Positions 39,782-50,190 of a DNA stretch of 64,000 bases are shown piece after piece. The DNA lies in assembly GCA_022824265.1 (NCBI GenBank), contig JAJEAG010000059.1, forward strand, positions 8,736 to 72,735. Direction: 5' to 3'. The stretch comes from Candidatus Poribacteria bacterium (lineage in GTDB: Bacteria; Poribacteria; WGA-4E; WGA-3G). The notes below the pieces were generated by a model. The model was not told where the DNA came from, ran no database searches, and saw nothing but the letters and a program-made list of their open reading frames with translations. Numbering within the stretch: the first letter of the stretch is position 1; every line of letters starts with the position of its first letter. Made by a program: the position numbers and the translations under genes.

Positions 39782-39961
39782 TAACGCTTCATTGACGGCT
39801 TCTTCAGTAGGAAAAGCCGCAGCAACATCTGGATCAAGAAGGACAAGGTTTGTCCCGGCAGCGTATTGTACTGCATATTTCCCACGGACACCGCTTTTGA
39901 GTAAAGTTTCGTCATATTTAGAACGTAGTTCGTCATTAATTTCGGTTTTGTTTGTCATTAA
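39782..39961 (-). CDS. small ORF (59 aa) absent from the track; BrnA/DUF4415-like putative antitoxin
   Basis: Own translation: MTNKTEINDELRSKYDETLLKSGVRGKYAVQYAAGTNLVLLDPDVAAAFPTEEAVNEAL*. The KGkRG...v.LD.DV..aF pattern is recalled from BrnA-type antitoxins. It is 59 aa, so below the track cutoff. Confidence 0.4.
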
Positions 39962-39971
39962 ACCGTTCCAT

Positions 39972-42900
39972 CTAAAAATCCAAACTCACACCAACCATAA
40001 CCAACCTTGGGGAACTCCACGAAAACGGACTGGAATGCTTCTGTGCGGTCAATGGAATACCATAACGGTCATACGTAACTGCGTCAAGCAAATTGTTCAA
40101 ATTCTTTGTGTTGAAGATGTTACGAATATCAGCAAAGATAGTATATGTCATCCCGCTAACCCGACTCCGTTTGCTAATGACGGCATCAACATTGTATGTC
40201 GCAGGATAACGTTTTGAGTTGATTGCAGGTTTAACCGGTGCTCGCGGATTCGGTGTATAGGGTAATCCGCTGGCATACCTACCGACAAAGTTGACAGACG
40301 AAGTAAAGGGCAATTGAATGTCTAACGTTGCGGATACAATATGACGTTGATCCCATGCTAATGGATGACTTTCGGTCACTTCAGGCTGCTGACGATAATA
40401 GGTAAGGTATCCCAAATTCCGACTTGAACCTTTACCTTTCGCAACAGAATAGGTATAACTCAGCATGCCAGAAACTGGACTATTTCCTGTACGCCACTTA
40501 CGGATTGAGAGTTCAAATCCTTGAACGCGTCCATAGATGTTGTTGATGAAATAACTATAATCATTGGATATATCAACGTGCACGCTATCTACAAGATTGT
40601 CAATATCTTTTGTAAATCCTGTTATATCAACGGTTAAGTCCTCAGTAAACTGCTGAGCAATGCCGACTTCATAGGCAATCGTTCGTTCTGGATCCATATC
40701 AGGATTCCCTCTTCTACGGATTGCCCCACGCATATCAAAACTGAGATTTTCATAGAGATCATCACCGCGTGGTATCTGGTAGTAATGCCCGTAAGTAAAA
40801 TGCAACTTTGCCCGATCAGTAACCGGGAACGAGATACCGAGACGTGGTGAGATCATGTGCTTCGTAGAAGGTTTCACTGGATCTTTGATTGTCGGTAACC
40901 CAACAAGATATTCACTTTCATCCAACTTGATTGTGCCATCTTCTTCATTCAAGACAAGCGGATCTAACGGATCTTTGGGTGATACACCATCCGGATTATA
41001 TATGTCATATCGCAATCCGGCATTGACAATCATACCTTCATATTCCATCTTATCTTGAGCATATAAACTTAGGGATGTAGGTGTTACATCATAATACTCC
41101 ATATAAAGATTTGAACTCCCGTAGTTTGTTGTGCCAAGATTGTAGAGGTGATTGGTTGAGAATTCAAGTCCTGTTTGGATTAGATGATTTTCAGTAACTT
41201 GACTTGCAAAGACACCTTTAAAAATAGAAGTTGTTGAATTGCGTGTGACCCAGAAATTATTATCCCCTGCGACATCATAAGTTGAATCGTTGTATGCTTG
41301 CTGCGCAGGATTTCTAATTCTGCCTTCTTCCTGATTCTGTTCAAAGGATTTTTTTGGATCGTAAGCGTTTTCCTCAAAGGTTTTATTCAACGGGTCCCAC
41401 ACTTTGCCGGGTTGATTGCTATCATAGGAACGGTAGAATTGCCCAAAGGTTAAAGTATAGAAAGTACCTGAATTGATGTTATGTGATAGTTGAACGGAAA
41501 GACTTCGTCCATCTCTATTGTCAACTTCAATTGCATAAGGCACGAAACGCAAACTTCCACCAGTGTTGTTGAATTCGCGTATATCATAGAGTCCACTTGC
41601 TGTGAGTTTCAGTTCAGGTGTTATTTCAAACTTAAGCTTTCCCTGTAACGTGTGCCCACCACTACCGCTATTGGGCAGATAGCTTTCATCTCGTCGCAAC
41701 TGGCTGGCGAAAGAGAATGTTAAACGATTGCCAATTATCGGACCACTGAGCGCGAATTCTCCGATGTGACTCGGAGATAACTTATAATTTTTTGTGTCAT
41801 TGAACTGTCCGCTGAACTGTTCCAAATCTACGATGTAACCGTCTATAAGTGTAACCTGTTTTTGCTCATAGTCAATTACCGTACCATCCGCATCCTTAAA
41901 AGGTTGCCGTTCCATAACAACTTCACCGGTCTCTTCGTTAACCATAGGTTCACCTGATTCGGGGTCAATCACTGGTTGTAATGGATTTTCTGTTCTATCT
42001 GCATATACCCCAGGGTAAATCTCAGTGAAAACCACCTGATCATCACCTTCTTTTTTCGCCAATTCTCCAACTGTGACAGCGTCACCACGGTAGGGTGCTT
42101 GATAATCATAAGGTTCACCTATGAATATACCTCTAAAAGGTTCAAGAGCAACTGGTCGGAAGCCGTTGTCGGGGTCTAACCAAGGTCCGTAATAGGGATC
42201 ACCATGATGGTCTGCCCATTGACCGACCCGATATCTGATTCTACCAGTAAATTTATGTGTTCCTGCTTTTGTGATGAGGTTAATAATGCCAGATTGTGCG
42301 TCACCGTGTTCAGCATTAAATCCACCTGTGATAACCTCCATCTGTTCAAGCGCGTTTGTGCTAATTTGCAACCCCATACCTCTAAAAATAGGATCATTAA
42401 CTGGAATACCGTCAATAAGATATTTTATCTCCATTGACCTACCACCGCGTATATGAAGTGATCCACTTGAGTTTAGCACAGCCACACCAGCTTGTGTTTG
42501 GAGGATACCGTTCACGGTATCGCGGGGCATAGAAGCAATTTCGTCCGATTCAATAATCCGGGTTGTTTGCGTGACATCCTTTTTAATCAGAGGTTTAGTT
42601 GCTACGACTGTTACGCCCTCAAGTTCAGCGACATCAGCAACTTCCAAAGTAAAGTTGATAGTTGTCGTGAGTCCTGCGAAGACTGTTGTGGCTTGAACTG
42701 TTTTAGAACGGTAGCCAGTGAGTTCAACTTGGACATCATATCCACCAGGGTCGATATTGGTCATAACATAGTAGCCAGAATCGTTTGTTGTTGCAGTAGT
42801 ATTTGTGCCAACAATTGATACTTTTGCATTTGCTATAGGTTGATTGGTTGCTTCATCGGTAACAATACCGGAAATTTTTCCGATTGTGGCAGCATCAGTA

Positions 42901-43037
42901 CTATAAGTGCCGACTACGGCTAAACATGTGACAATGCTCAGAAAAAAGATCGAAATTTTAAAGATATTATCTACTTTCAATGGACGGCTCCTTGTTTTCT
43001 CTGGCACATGTTGCGAACGTGCCAAATTATTTAGCAT
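39972..43037 (-). CDS. TonB-dependent-receptor-like outer membrane protein with N-terminal carboxypeptidase-regulatory-like domain
   Basis: Signal peptide; ISGIVTDEATNQPIANAKVSIVG (CarbopepD_reg-like); plug-like DEIASMP...; long beta-rich body ending in F. Confidence 0.7.
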   Translation of the reverse strand: MLNNLARSQHVPEKTRSRPLKVDNIFKISIFFLSIVTCLAVVGTYSTDAATIGKISGIVTDEATNQPIANAKVSIVGTNTTATTNDSGYYVMTNIDPGGYDVQVELTGYRSKTVQATTVFAGLTTTINFTLEVADVAELEGVTVVATKPLIKKDVTQTTRIIESDEIASMPRDTVNGILQTQAGVAVLNSSGSLHIRGGRSMEIKYLIDGIPVNDPIFRGMGLQISTNALEQMEVITGGFNAEHGDAQSGIINLITKAGTHKFTGRIRYRVGQWADHHGDPYYGPWLDPDNGFRPVALEPFRGIFIGEPYDYQAPYRGDAVTVGELAKKEGDDQVVFTEIYPGVYADRTENPLQPVIDPESGEPMVNEETGEVVMERQPFKDADGTVIDYEQKQVTLIDGYIVDLEQFSGQFNDTKNYKLSPSHIGEFALSGPIIGNRLTFSFASQLRRDESYLPNSGSGGHTLQGKLKFEITPELKLTASGLYDIREFNNTGGSLRFVPYAIEVDNRDGRSLSVQLSHNINSGTFYTLTFGQFYRSYDSNQPGKVWDPLNKTFEENAYDPKKSFEQNQEEGRIRNPAQQAYNDSTYDVAGDNNFWVTRNSTTSIFKGVFASQVTENHLIQTGLEFSTNHLYNLGTTNYGSSNLYMEYYDVTPTSLSLYAQDKMEYEGMIVNAGLRYDIYNPDGVSPKDPLDPLVLNEEDGTIKLDESEYLVGLPTIKDPVKPSTKHMISPRLGISFPVTDRAKLHFTYGHYYQIPRGDDLYENLSFDMRGAIRRRGNPDMDPERTIAYEVGIAQQFTEDLTVDITGFTKDIDNLVDSVHVDISNDYSYFINNIYGRVQGFELSIRKWRTGNSPVSGMLSYTYSVAKGKGSSRNLGYLTYYRQQPEVTESHPLAWDQRHIVSATLDIQLPFTSSVNFVGRYASGLPYTPNPRAPVKPAINSKRYPATYNVDAVISKRSRVSGMTYTIFADIRNIFNTKNLNNLLDAVTYDRYGIPLTAQKHSSPFSWSSPRLVMVGVSLDF

Positions 43038-43040
43038 ATC

Positions 43041-43835
43041 TTAGATTTCTAACACACTCTCAATAAATTTAAGACTTTTTAAACTTCGTTCCGTATGGTA
43101 TTGGATAAAACTACTCAACATAAGTTTCATTTCAATATGATTCCGTTTGGATGCACGCATCCGATTTAATTTGTTAAACTCTGATTTTCGAAGTGTTTTT
43201 AGTAATTCGCAACTACCGGGGGTTATAGTAAATGCTGAAGTATCTCTATGCTGACATTTAGCACATAGCAATCCGCCGTGTTGCACGCTAAACCGCATTA
43301 CTAAGGGGGATGTTGGTGTTACCTGTGATGTTTTTGCTGGTCCGGGGGTTGGTACTGAGCCACAATGTGCACACTGAGAGAGTTGCGGTGCATAACCTGC
43401 GAAGTCAAGAAACTTGATTTCAAACACCCTTGCGAGCAAAGGCACATCATCAGTGTCCACTAAAAATTGATATGTATTTCGCAGTAACTCAAAAATCTCA
43501 GGGTTCGCGTCACCTTCTAATGCAATAGCATCAACTAATTCTGCGAAGTAACATCCGTAGGTAATTCGGGCGAAATCGGCGCGTATGCCATCAAATCCTT
43601 CAATAAGGTCAAAACCTGTCAGGCTTTGAAGATCTCTGTTTTCGCGATAGGTAAAAAGTAGCATGCCGTGGTTAAGCAGTTCTAACCTACCGCTCAATTT
43701 GCTCTTGGGGCTTTTAACACCGTACGCAACGGCTTTTATTTTACCAAAATCGGGGGTATAGAAGGTGATAATTTTGTGAGTTTCGCGTAAAGGAAAAGCG
43801 CGAATCACAATTGCATGGGTCTTTTGAGCAGGCAT
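43041..43835 (-). CDS. recO: DNA repair protein RecO
   Basis: AIVIRAFPLRETHKIITFYT..GKI.AVAYGVKS N-terminal OB-fold region and a C-terminal Cys cluster (CAHCG...C..C). Confidence 0.85.
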   Translation of the reverse strand: MPAQKTHAIVIRAFPLRETHKIITFYTPDFGKIKAVAYGVKSPKSKLSGRLELLNHGMLLFTYRENRDLQSLTGFDLIEGFDGIRADFARITYGCYFAELVDAIALEGDANPEIFELLRNTYQFLVDTDDVPLLARVFEIKFLDFAGYAPQLSQCAHCGSVPTPGPAKTSQVTPTSPLVMRFSVQHGGLLCAKCQHRDTSAFTITPGSCELLKTLRKSEFNKLNRMRASKRNHIEMKLMLSSFIQYHTERSLKSLKFIESVLEI

Positions 43836-43873
43836 TTTTTATGTGTATCAGTTTGCCATAGGGTGGGATAAAA

Positions 43874-43948
<75 letters not shown>

Positions 43949-43997
43949 TTCTCCCTAATTATACGGTACTTTTGGAACTTTGTCAATTCCATTTATC

Positions 43998-45284
43998 TTA
44001 TTCTGAATTTTCATCTGCGTTAGCATTTTTCGGCATCTGAATTTGTACTCGATGAATCCTCCGTTCGTCTGCCTCTAATATCGTGAAATTGATACCTCTA
44101 TAGGTAAACACAGTATCTATTTCAGGAACTCGTCCGAGGTGATCAACAATAAATCCACCGATAGTGTCAATATTCTCTGCCTCAAGTTCTGTGCCAAGTT
44201 TTTCGTTCAATTCGACAAGGTTTAATCTGGCATCAACGGAATAGGTGTTTGCTTCTGTCTGAATGTATGCGTCCTGTTCATCCGCTTCATCTTCATCTTG
44301 TATTTCACCTACAATTTCTTCAATAATGTTTTCGAGGGTAATTATTCCTGCTGTGCCACCGTATTCATCAACGACAATGGAAATGTGTTGGTTATGTTCC
44401 CGTAGTTCACGGAACAATTCAGATATTTTTTTACTCTCAGGTGTAAAAAAAGGTGTGCGACCAACGATAAGTTCACTAAGGTTAATTGGTTTATCTTCTG
44501 CCCAACAATCCAACATATCTTTTACATGTAAAATACCGACAATATTGTCAATTGTATCTTTATATATTGGAATGCGGGTATGTCTGCATGCGATTGTCGT
44601 TTGCAAGACTTCGGCAGCAGGTGTTCCGACTTCAAGGCATACCACATCAGTTCGTGCTACCATGATTTCCCTTGCCACTTTGTCAGGGAGATCCAAAATA
44701 CGAGAGATCATTTCACGGTTATCTGGTTCTAAAATCTCCTGGATGTCAGCAACGTTATCCAGTGTTTCTAATACTTCTGGAGACACCAAGCTATCTTGTG
44801 CTGATGTGCTCTTGCCACCAAAGATACGTACGATAAGATTTACAAGAAAATTCAAGGGGATTAATATTAGAAAACCGCCCCAATAGACGATGCGTAAGGC
44901 ACGTAAAGCATGAATGGTTGTTCCACTGGGACTATTTTGGACATAGTTCTTAGGAAACAATTCTGTGAAAACAACAAGACACAATGCTGCGATCCCACCG
45001 CTCAATATGCGATTTTCCCAAAACGTTGCAAACAGTATCACACTGGCAACCATCAGGAGAGTCTTGACTGTGATAATGGTCAACGAGTAGCGTCGGGGGT
45101 GTCGTAAAAGCGACGTTAACACTTCATAACGTTTTCCACCTTCCTCCGCAAACTCTAAGATATCCGCCCGTGTTAACCGCGCGAGTAAAGCCTCTGATGC
45201 TGAAAACAGGGCATTAAAAATTAACAGAATTCCTAAACAAACTAATCTTGTAGCTATATGTAGGTCATCCAAGTCTGAAATCAC
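43998..45284 (-). CDS. HlyC/CorC family transporter (DUF21 + CBS pair + CorC_HlyC)
   Basis: N-terminal TM region; CBS-like segments; conserved C-terminus. Sits in the ybeX position of the phoH-ybeY-ybeX operon. Confidence 0.85.
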   Translation of the reverse strand: MISDLDDLHIATRLVCLGILLIFNALFSASEALLARLTRADILEFAEEGGKRYEVLTSLLRHPRRYSLTIITVKTLLMVASVILFATFWENRILSGGIAALCLVVFTELFPKNYVQNSPSGTTIHALRALRIVYWGGFLILIPLNFLVNLIVRIFGGKSTSAQDSLVSPEVLETLDNVADIQEILEPDNREMISRILDLPDKVAREIMVARTDVVCLEVGTPAAEVLQTTIACRHTRIPIYKDTIDNIVGILHVKDMLDCWAEDKPINLSELIVGRTPFFTPESKKISELFRELREHNQHISIVVDEYGGTAGIITLENIIEEIVGEIQDEDEADEQDAYIQTEANTYSVDARLNLVELNEKLGTELEAENIDTIGGFIVDHLGRVPEIDTVFTYRGINFTILEADERRIHRVQIQMPKNANADENSE

Positions 45285-45392
45285 ACCTCCATTATATCTA
45301 AAATATGTGTCTACTTATCTACTACCGATGATTGAGTACTCAGACGGCAGTGTTTATTTAGTATGCTAACGTTAATTCAACCCAACTTATGG

Positions 45393-45833
45393 TTACTGCT
45401 GTGCCTGTAACAATTGCATTATCGAATCTTGTTTCTTAAACATAATAGAGGCATCATTTTGTGTTTGATGGTCATATCCGAGCAGGTGAAGTACACCGTG
45501 TACTGTAAGTAAAAGGACTTCCGCTTCAAATGTATGGGTTTTATCTTTTGCTTGACGTTCTGCTGTTTCCAAAGATATAACAACATCTCCGAGTATGTTA
45601 GATTTTACCAATTCGGCATCTTCGTTATCAAGTTGTGCAAATGCTAACACATCCGTTGGAGCATCTATCCCACGGTATTCCCGATTAAGTTCCGTTATAC
45701 GGGTATCATCCGTCAACAAAACACTCACTTCACAATTCGTAGATTGATGAATACTTAGAGCTGTCAAAACTGCTTGACGAATAATTTCCACATCAAATGT
45801 TGTATTGCTACTGATATTGGTAACGTCAATCAA
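45393..45833 (-). CDS. ybeY: rRNA maturation endoribonuclease YbeY
   Basis: HGVLHLLGYDH metal-binding motif; 146 aa. Confidence 0.85.
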   Translation of the reverse strand: MIDVTNISSNTTFDVEIIRQAVLTALSIHQSTNCEVSVLLTDDTRITELNREYRGIDAPTDVLAFAQLDNEDAELVKSNILGDVVISLETAERQAKDKTHTFEAEVLLLTVHGVLHLLGYDHQTQNDASIMFKKQDSIMQLLQAQQ

Positions 45834-45837
45834 ACTG

Positions 45838-46845
45838 TTAGTCTTCAGATTTTTCGGTTTCCACTAATACTTGTTTTACATCCGGGGTTTTTGGACGTTC
45901 GTAAGCTTCGATGATTCGTTGGACCAATTCATGTCGTACAACATCAACTTTTGAGAAATATATGAACTTAATCCCTTTGATCCCACTAAGTACCTCTTGA
46001 GCGTCAGCGAGTCCAGAGACTTTATGCGTTGGTAGGTCAGTTTGTGTGATGTCACCCGTGATAACAGCTTTTGAATCAAATCCGAGTCTTGTCAGGAACA
46101 TCTTCATCTGCTCAATAGTAGCATTTTGTGCCTCGTCAAGTACGACAAAAGAATTGTTGAGTGTTCTACCACGCATGAAAGCGATCGGTGCGACTTCAAT
46201 GATATTCCGTTCAATATAATTATCAAGTGTATCAGGTGGCATCATATCGTATAACGCATCGTATAAGGGTCGTAGATATGGATGCACCTTTGCCGCGATA
46301 TCACCAGGTAAAAAACCGAGATGTTCCCCTGCTTCAACAGCAGGACGTGTTAAAATGATTCGACTTACCTGACCATTTTTTAGTGCAGAAACAGCCATCG
46401 CCATAGCGAGGTAGGTTTTACCTGTTCCTGCTGGACCTATTCCAAATGCAAGGTCATTGTGTTTAATCGCTTCAACGTATCGTCTTTGTCCAGCAGTTTT
46501 CGGACGAATGACACCTCGTTTTGAGAATACGGGTATGGATTCGGCAGTACTCTGCTCTAAAGAACTTGCTTCCTCTGTTTCTGATGCGCGGATAACGTAA
46601 CTGACATCGGTTGCCTGAATTCGTTCTCCTTTTCGGATACGGTGTAGTAGCGACTCTAACACCGTCACGACTCTGTTTACCTCTTTTTGGTTTTCACCAA
46701 GGACAGCGATGCTATCGCTTTTCAAAACAACGCGCACATTAAAATCACGTTCAATAATTTTTAAGAAGGCATCACTTTGCCCAAATAGGGCTTGTACCTC
46801 AGCGTTGTTCTGTATAGGAACACCCTTTAATTCTTGTTTTTCCAA
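45838..46845 (-). CDS. phoH: PhoH family ATPase (YbeZ-like)
   Basis: Walker A GPAGTGKTYLAMAMAV and a VLDEAQN Walker B-like motif. Confidence 0.85.
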   Translation of the reverse strand: MEKQELKGVPIQNNAEVQALFGQSDAFLKIIERDFNVRVVLKSDSIAVLGENQKEVNRVVTVLESLLHRIRKGERIQATDVSYVIRASETEEASSLEQSTAESIPVFSKRGVIRPKTAGQRRYVEAIKHNDLAFGIGPAGTGKTYLAMAMAVSALKNGQVSRIILTRPAVEAGEHLGFLPGDIAAKVHPYLRPLYDALYDMMPPDTLDNYIERNIIEVAPIAFMRGRTLNNSFVVLDEAQNATIEQMKMFLTRLGFDSKAVITGDITQTDLPTHKVSGLADAQEVLSGIKGIKFIYFSKVDVVRHELVQRIIEAYERPKTPDVKQVLVETEKSED

Positions 46846-47024
46846 TCGGGTTTTGATCCTCCAAGAATGTAATGTGCTAAAGTTAACACGGTTTTGTAGA
46901 TAGAGTCAACAAAAATACTTGATGGACACAATGTAAAGCCAATTTCGGCAAACCTTAGGGTCTGGTTTTTCTTATGAGTAGTTTCATATTCTACAATATT
47001 GTAAAACAAAATTCAAGCAGATTC

Positions 47025-47651
47025 TTACATTCTCTCGTAAATTTTGACTTCACGAATTTTAGCCCCTTTCAAAGGAGTGACAACTTCATGAGAAAAGTTT
47101 AGATCATTACTTGCGGTACTCTTGCTATCCATGCGATTTCCAATGCCATCTGCAGTAATTCGCAGGTATAACACCTTTTGCCTTATATTGAACCTTGCAA
47201 CTTCTCTTTCTTTTATAGTTGTGTATCGTTTATCCTTTACAGGTATAAAAGAATTTGCCCATTTCGGTGATTTTTCCTCAACTGTTAAATCAAGAGTAAT
47301 CTTTGGAATTTCAGAATCAGCATATATTTCCACATAAGACACGTACGTTGGTTTATCCAATTTTATCAGTGTTTCTGTTTTTAGAGTGCCGCTATGGGTT
47401 GTTATAGAATCCCCAGGTTTAGTGAGAGCACCTGGTTTCCCTTCAATATGATACATTTGGCGAATTGCACCGTTTGCCCAAAATTCCCCTACTGTCTGCA
47501 AATCTCCATCTACCATCTCTGGATTTGCTGCACATGTTAGACGTGTAGGTGCTAATTCTACAGCAGGGGTATTTTGAAATATGGCACATCCCTGAACAGC
47601 GACTATTACTATTAGTAGTCCGATAATGGTATTGTAATTTCTATCGCGCAT
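47025..47651 (-). CDS. hypothetical lipoprotein, tandem paralog A
   Basis: Signal/lipobox IVAVQGCAIF. Shares the motifs DKPTYVSYVEIY..S.IP and LKGAKIREVKIYERM with the upstream paralog. Confidence 0.55.
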   Translation of the reverse strand: MRDRNYNTIIGLLIVIVAVQGCAIFQNTPAVELAPTRLTCAANPEMVDGDLQTVGEFWANGAIRQMYHIEGKPGALTKPGDSITTHSGTLKTETLIKLDKPTYVSYVEIYADSEIPKITLDLTVEEKSPKWANSFIPVKDKRYTTIKEREVARFNIRQKVLYLRITADGIGNRMDSKSTASNDLNFSHEVVTPLKGAKIREVKIYERM

Positions 47652-48306
47652 AAAATTTAACCTCCCGAATTGATGCACCTTTTAGCGGAATCTGGATGCG
47701 AGTATCCTTGTTCTCATCATGTTCTTTGCCCTTACCACGAAAAGGATTAAGTTCATCTTTAATACGTGTTGAATGTTGTTTGTCCTGAATCCCGTCAGCA
47801 GTCAACCGCAAATAAAGGATTTTTCTATTGATTTGTATTCTAACAGGCTGTTTAGTTTCAACATTGATATGTTGTTTATCAAGCACTACATCAAAGGATG
47901 ATTCAAACTGTGGGGGGTTGTTCAGCGTTGTTGTTAAGGCTAACCTTGGAATCCGGGATTCGGGATATATCTCAACATAGGTTATAAAGGTCGGTTTATC
48001 TAATTTTATCACCGCTTCCGATCGAGAATTACCTTCAACCTGAGTTAAATATCTGAGTTCAGCGGTATCGATTCTGCGATTCCTTTTTTCAAAAATCTGA
48101 TAGCCTTTTTCAACATGACCTTTCACAGTAAATGTGCTTACCGTCTCTAAATTTCCATCTACGAGTTCAGGATAGATTTGGCTTGAAAGCCGTAACGGAT
48201 CAACTTCAAAAGTTGGTTGGTTCAGGACAGCACACCCTAAAACACCAATCAGCAAAATGGATAAAATGCCTAAGTTTTTCATCTGTTTTCTCCTGTTGAT
48301 ATGCAA
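47641..48306 (-). CDS. hypothetical lipoprotein, tandem paralog B
   Basis: LIGVLGCAVLN lipobox; DKPTFITYVEIYPESRIP; C-terminal LKGASIREVKFYAR. Confidence 0.55.
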   Translation of the reverse strand: MHINRRKQMKNLGILSILLIGVLGCAVLNQPTFEVDPLRLSSQIYPELVDGNLETVSTFTVKGHVEKGYQIFEKRNRRIDTAELRYLTQVEGNSRSEAVIKLDKPTFITYVEIYPESRIPRLALTTTLNNPPQFESSFDVVLDKQHINVETKQPVRIQINRKILYLRLTADGIQDKQHSTRIKDELNPFRGKGKEHDENKDTRIQIPLKGASIREVKFYAR

Positions 48307-48351
48307 GTATACAGATATTGTTGATTAGAATCCAGAGAATTGAGCAACTAT

Positions 48352-49407
48352 TTATGGGAAAAGCGTAGTTGGTATAGTAACATCATAACGTTCGGCTGCT
48401 TCCACAAGTCGATTCCAAGTCAGATCTTCTATTGGGATTCCCTCCTCTGATCGTTTTTCACGACTACGTTGCTCAAAGTCACCTGGTACATAGATTTCGT
48501 CAATTCCCGGCATCTTTGCGGATGACTTAACCCACTCCACAAGATATTCTATCTCTTGTTCATAATCCACTAAGTCAATGAAATCTTCGATTTTTATTGC
48601 AAACATCACGATACCACTTGCCCCGCGTGTGGGTTGTTCACGGCTACATCCAGCCCAAGAAAGTCCACCTGCAATGGCATCAATCATCACACCGAGTCCA
48701 AAACCTTTGTGTCCAAACTGAAACCCACCGAGTGGCATTACTGCGGTATCGCTTCCTCGTTTTTGAAATGATTCTGGGTCGGTTAGCGGGTTGCCCTCGG
48801 AATCTATCATCCATCCTTCAGGAATCGGTTCACCGCGCGCAATCTGTACAAGGAACTTTCCACCGGCGACCACACTAAGTGTCATATCAAGCAGAAGCGG
48901 TTCTCCGTTTGCACGTGGCACAGAAATCGCAATCGGATTCGGTGGAAGTCTACGGGAAGTACCACCGTGTGGGTGCATAAATCTGCCGCCACCATTTAAT
49001 AAAACGATGCCGATCATCCCCGCACGTGCTGCGATTGGTGGATATTCACCCATCCTTCCAGCATGTCCACACCGATGCAAGCCGACTGCACCGATGGTAC
49101 AAGTTTTTGCCTTTTCAACAGCCATCTCCATTGCTTTGCGTGCTGCAACCATTCCGAGTGCACCGTTAACGTTTATAACAGTCGCAGCCCCACTCTCTTT
49201 GACAATCTCCATCTTGTCTGCTGCTGGACCGCCTGACATTCCACCGATATAGTTCGGTGCGTTGATAACACCGTGTGAATCGTGTCCCGCTAAATTTGAA
49301 TCAACGACGTGGTCGCTAACGATGCGTGCATCTTCTTCTGTACCACCTGCACCACGATATATTTCGTATACAAACTCTCTCAAAACAACATGAGATACAA
49401 TCGGCAT
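48352..49407 (-). CDS. Ldh_2 family oxidoreductase (malate/L-sulfolactate/ureidoglycolate dehydrogenase family)
   Basis: N-terminal ...RGAGGTEEDARIVSDHVVDSNLAGHDSHGV typical of PF02615. Confidence 0.7.
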   Translation of the reverse strand: MPIVSHVVLREFVYEIYRGAGGTEEDARIVSDHVVDSNLAGHDSHGVINAPNYIGGMSGGPAADKMEIVKESGAATVINVNGALGMVAARKAMEMAVEKAKTCTIGAVGLHRCGHAGRMGEYPPIAARAGMIGIVLLNGGGRFMHPHGGTSRRLPPNPIAISVPRANGEPLLLDMTLSVVAGGKFLVQIARGEPIPEGWMIDSEGNPLTDPESFQKRGSDTAVMPLGGFQFGHKGFGLGVMIDAIAGGLSWAGCSREQPTRGASGIVMFAIKIEDFIDLVDYEQEIEYLVEWVKSSAKMPGIDEIYVPGDFEQRSREKRSEEGIPIEDLTWNRLVEAAERYDVTIPTTLFP

Positions 49408-49456
49408 AAATGCCTCCTAAAACAATATCAATTCAGATTTCAAGATAAATCGGTAG

Positions 49457-50047
49457 TTAGTTCTCAAGAAAATCAACACGTCTATAAATGTCTTGTAGTG
49501 GTAACTCACATGCAATTGAAGTGAGGGATAGGACATTATCAAGTGAAAGGAATTCGGATGGTTTCCACAACGTTTCTTCTCGAATATAATGTTCAACGTG
49601 CACTTCGTCTTGTGATACAAGGATATATTCCTGCAAGGATTCCAGTTGCTGGTAGTGAGCGAATTTGTCTACGCGGTCATAGGTTTCCCTTGAAGGTGAA
49701 AGCACTTCTATTATGACAATCGGGTTGAGAAGCGTGTCGAAGGTATTATCTTCAAACTGCGGTTTGTCACATACCACGACAACATCGGGGTAGAAGTAAG
49801 AATTTGTAGAGGATGCCTTTACACGCATATCATTAGTGTGAACCGTACACGAATGTCCCTTCAATTGTATATAAAGCTCACCTGATATATTCATTGTGAT
49901 GAGGGTATGTCGATAACTTGCTCCGGACATAGCGACAATCTTGCCGCCTACATATTCACTCTTTGTAATTGCTTTGCGTTCCCAAGTGAGATATTCTTCT
50001 GGAGTGAGTTGGGTCTGAATTGCAACCGATGTCATTTGTATCTCCAT
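49457..50047 (-). CDS. Uma2 family endonuclease (DUF820)
   Basis: ...YLTWERKAITKSEYVGGKIVAMSGASYRH...PDVVVV...IVIEVLSPS... is the characteristic Uma2 pattern. Confidence 0.8.
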   Translation of the reverse strand: MEIQMTSVAIQTQLTPEEYLTWERKAITKSEYVGGKIVAMSGASYRHTLITMNISGELYIQLKGHSCTVHTNDMRVKASSTNSYFYPDVVVVCDKPQFEDNTFDTLLNPIVIIEVLSPSRETYDRVDKFAHYQQLESLQEYILVSQDEVHVEHYIREETLWKPSEFLSLDNVLSLTSIACELPLQDIYRRVDFLEN

Positions 50048-50190
50048 ATAGTGAATTCTAATAGAAGTAGTTTAATAGGTTGAATTGCTTATGGTGGATA
50101 AGTGTGTCAACATCCGATCAGCGATGTAAACGATAATCTCCATACAGTCCGCGCTACAACAACACCTATACAATTATAGTCTTTACGATT

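Noticed and set aside
39741-40217. 158-aa plus-strand ORF
   Set aside because: Overlaps the 3' end of the TonB-dependent receptor gene and the small minus-strand ORF; S/T/R-rich; no SD; spurious.
44263-44886. 207-aa plus-strand ORF inside the corC/HlyC-family gene
   Set aside because: Antisense to a well-supported, operon-conserved gene; Ser-rich low-complexity translation.
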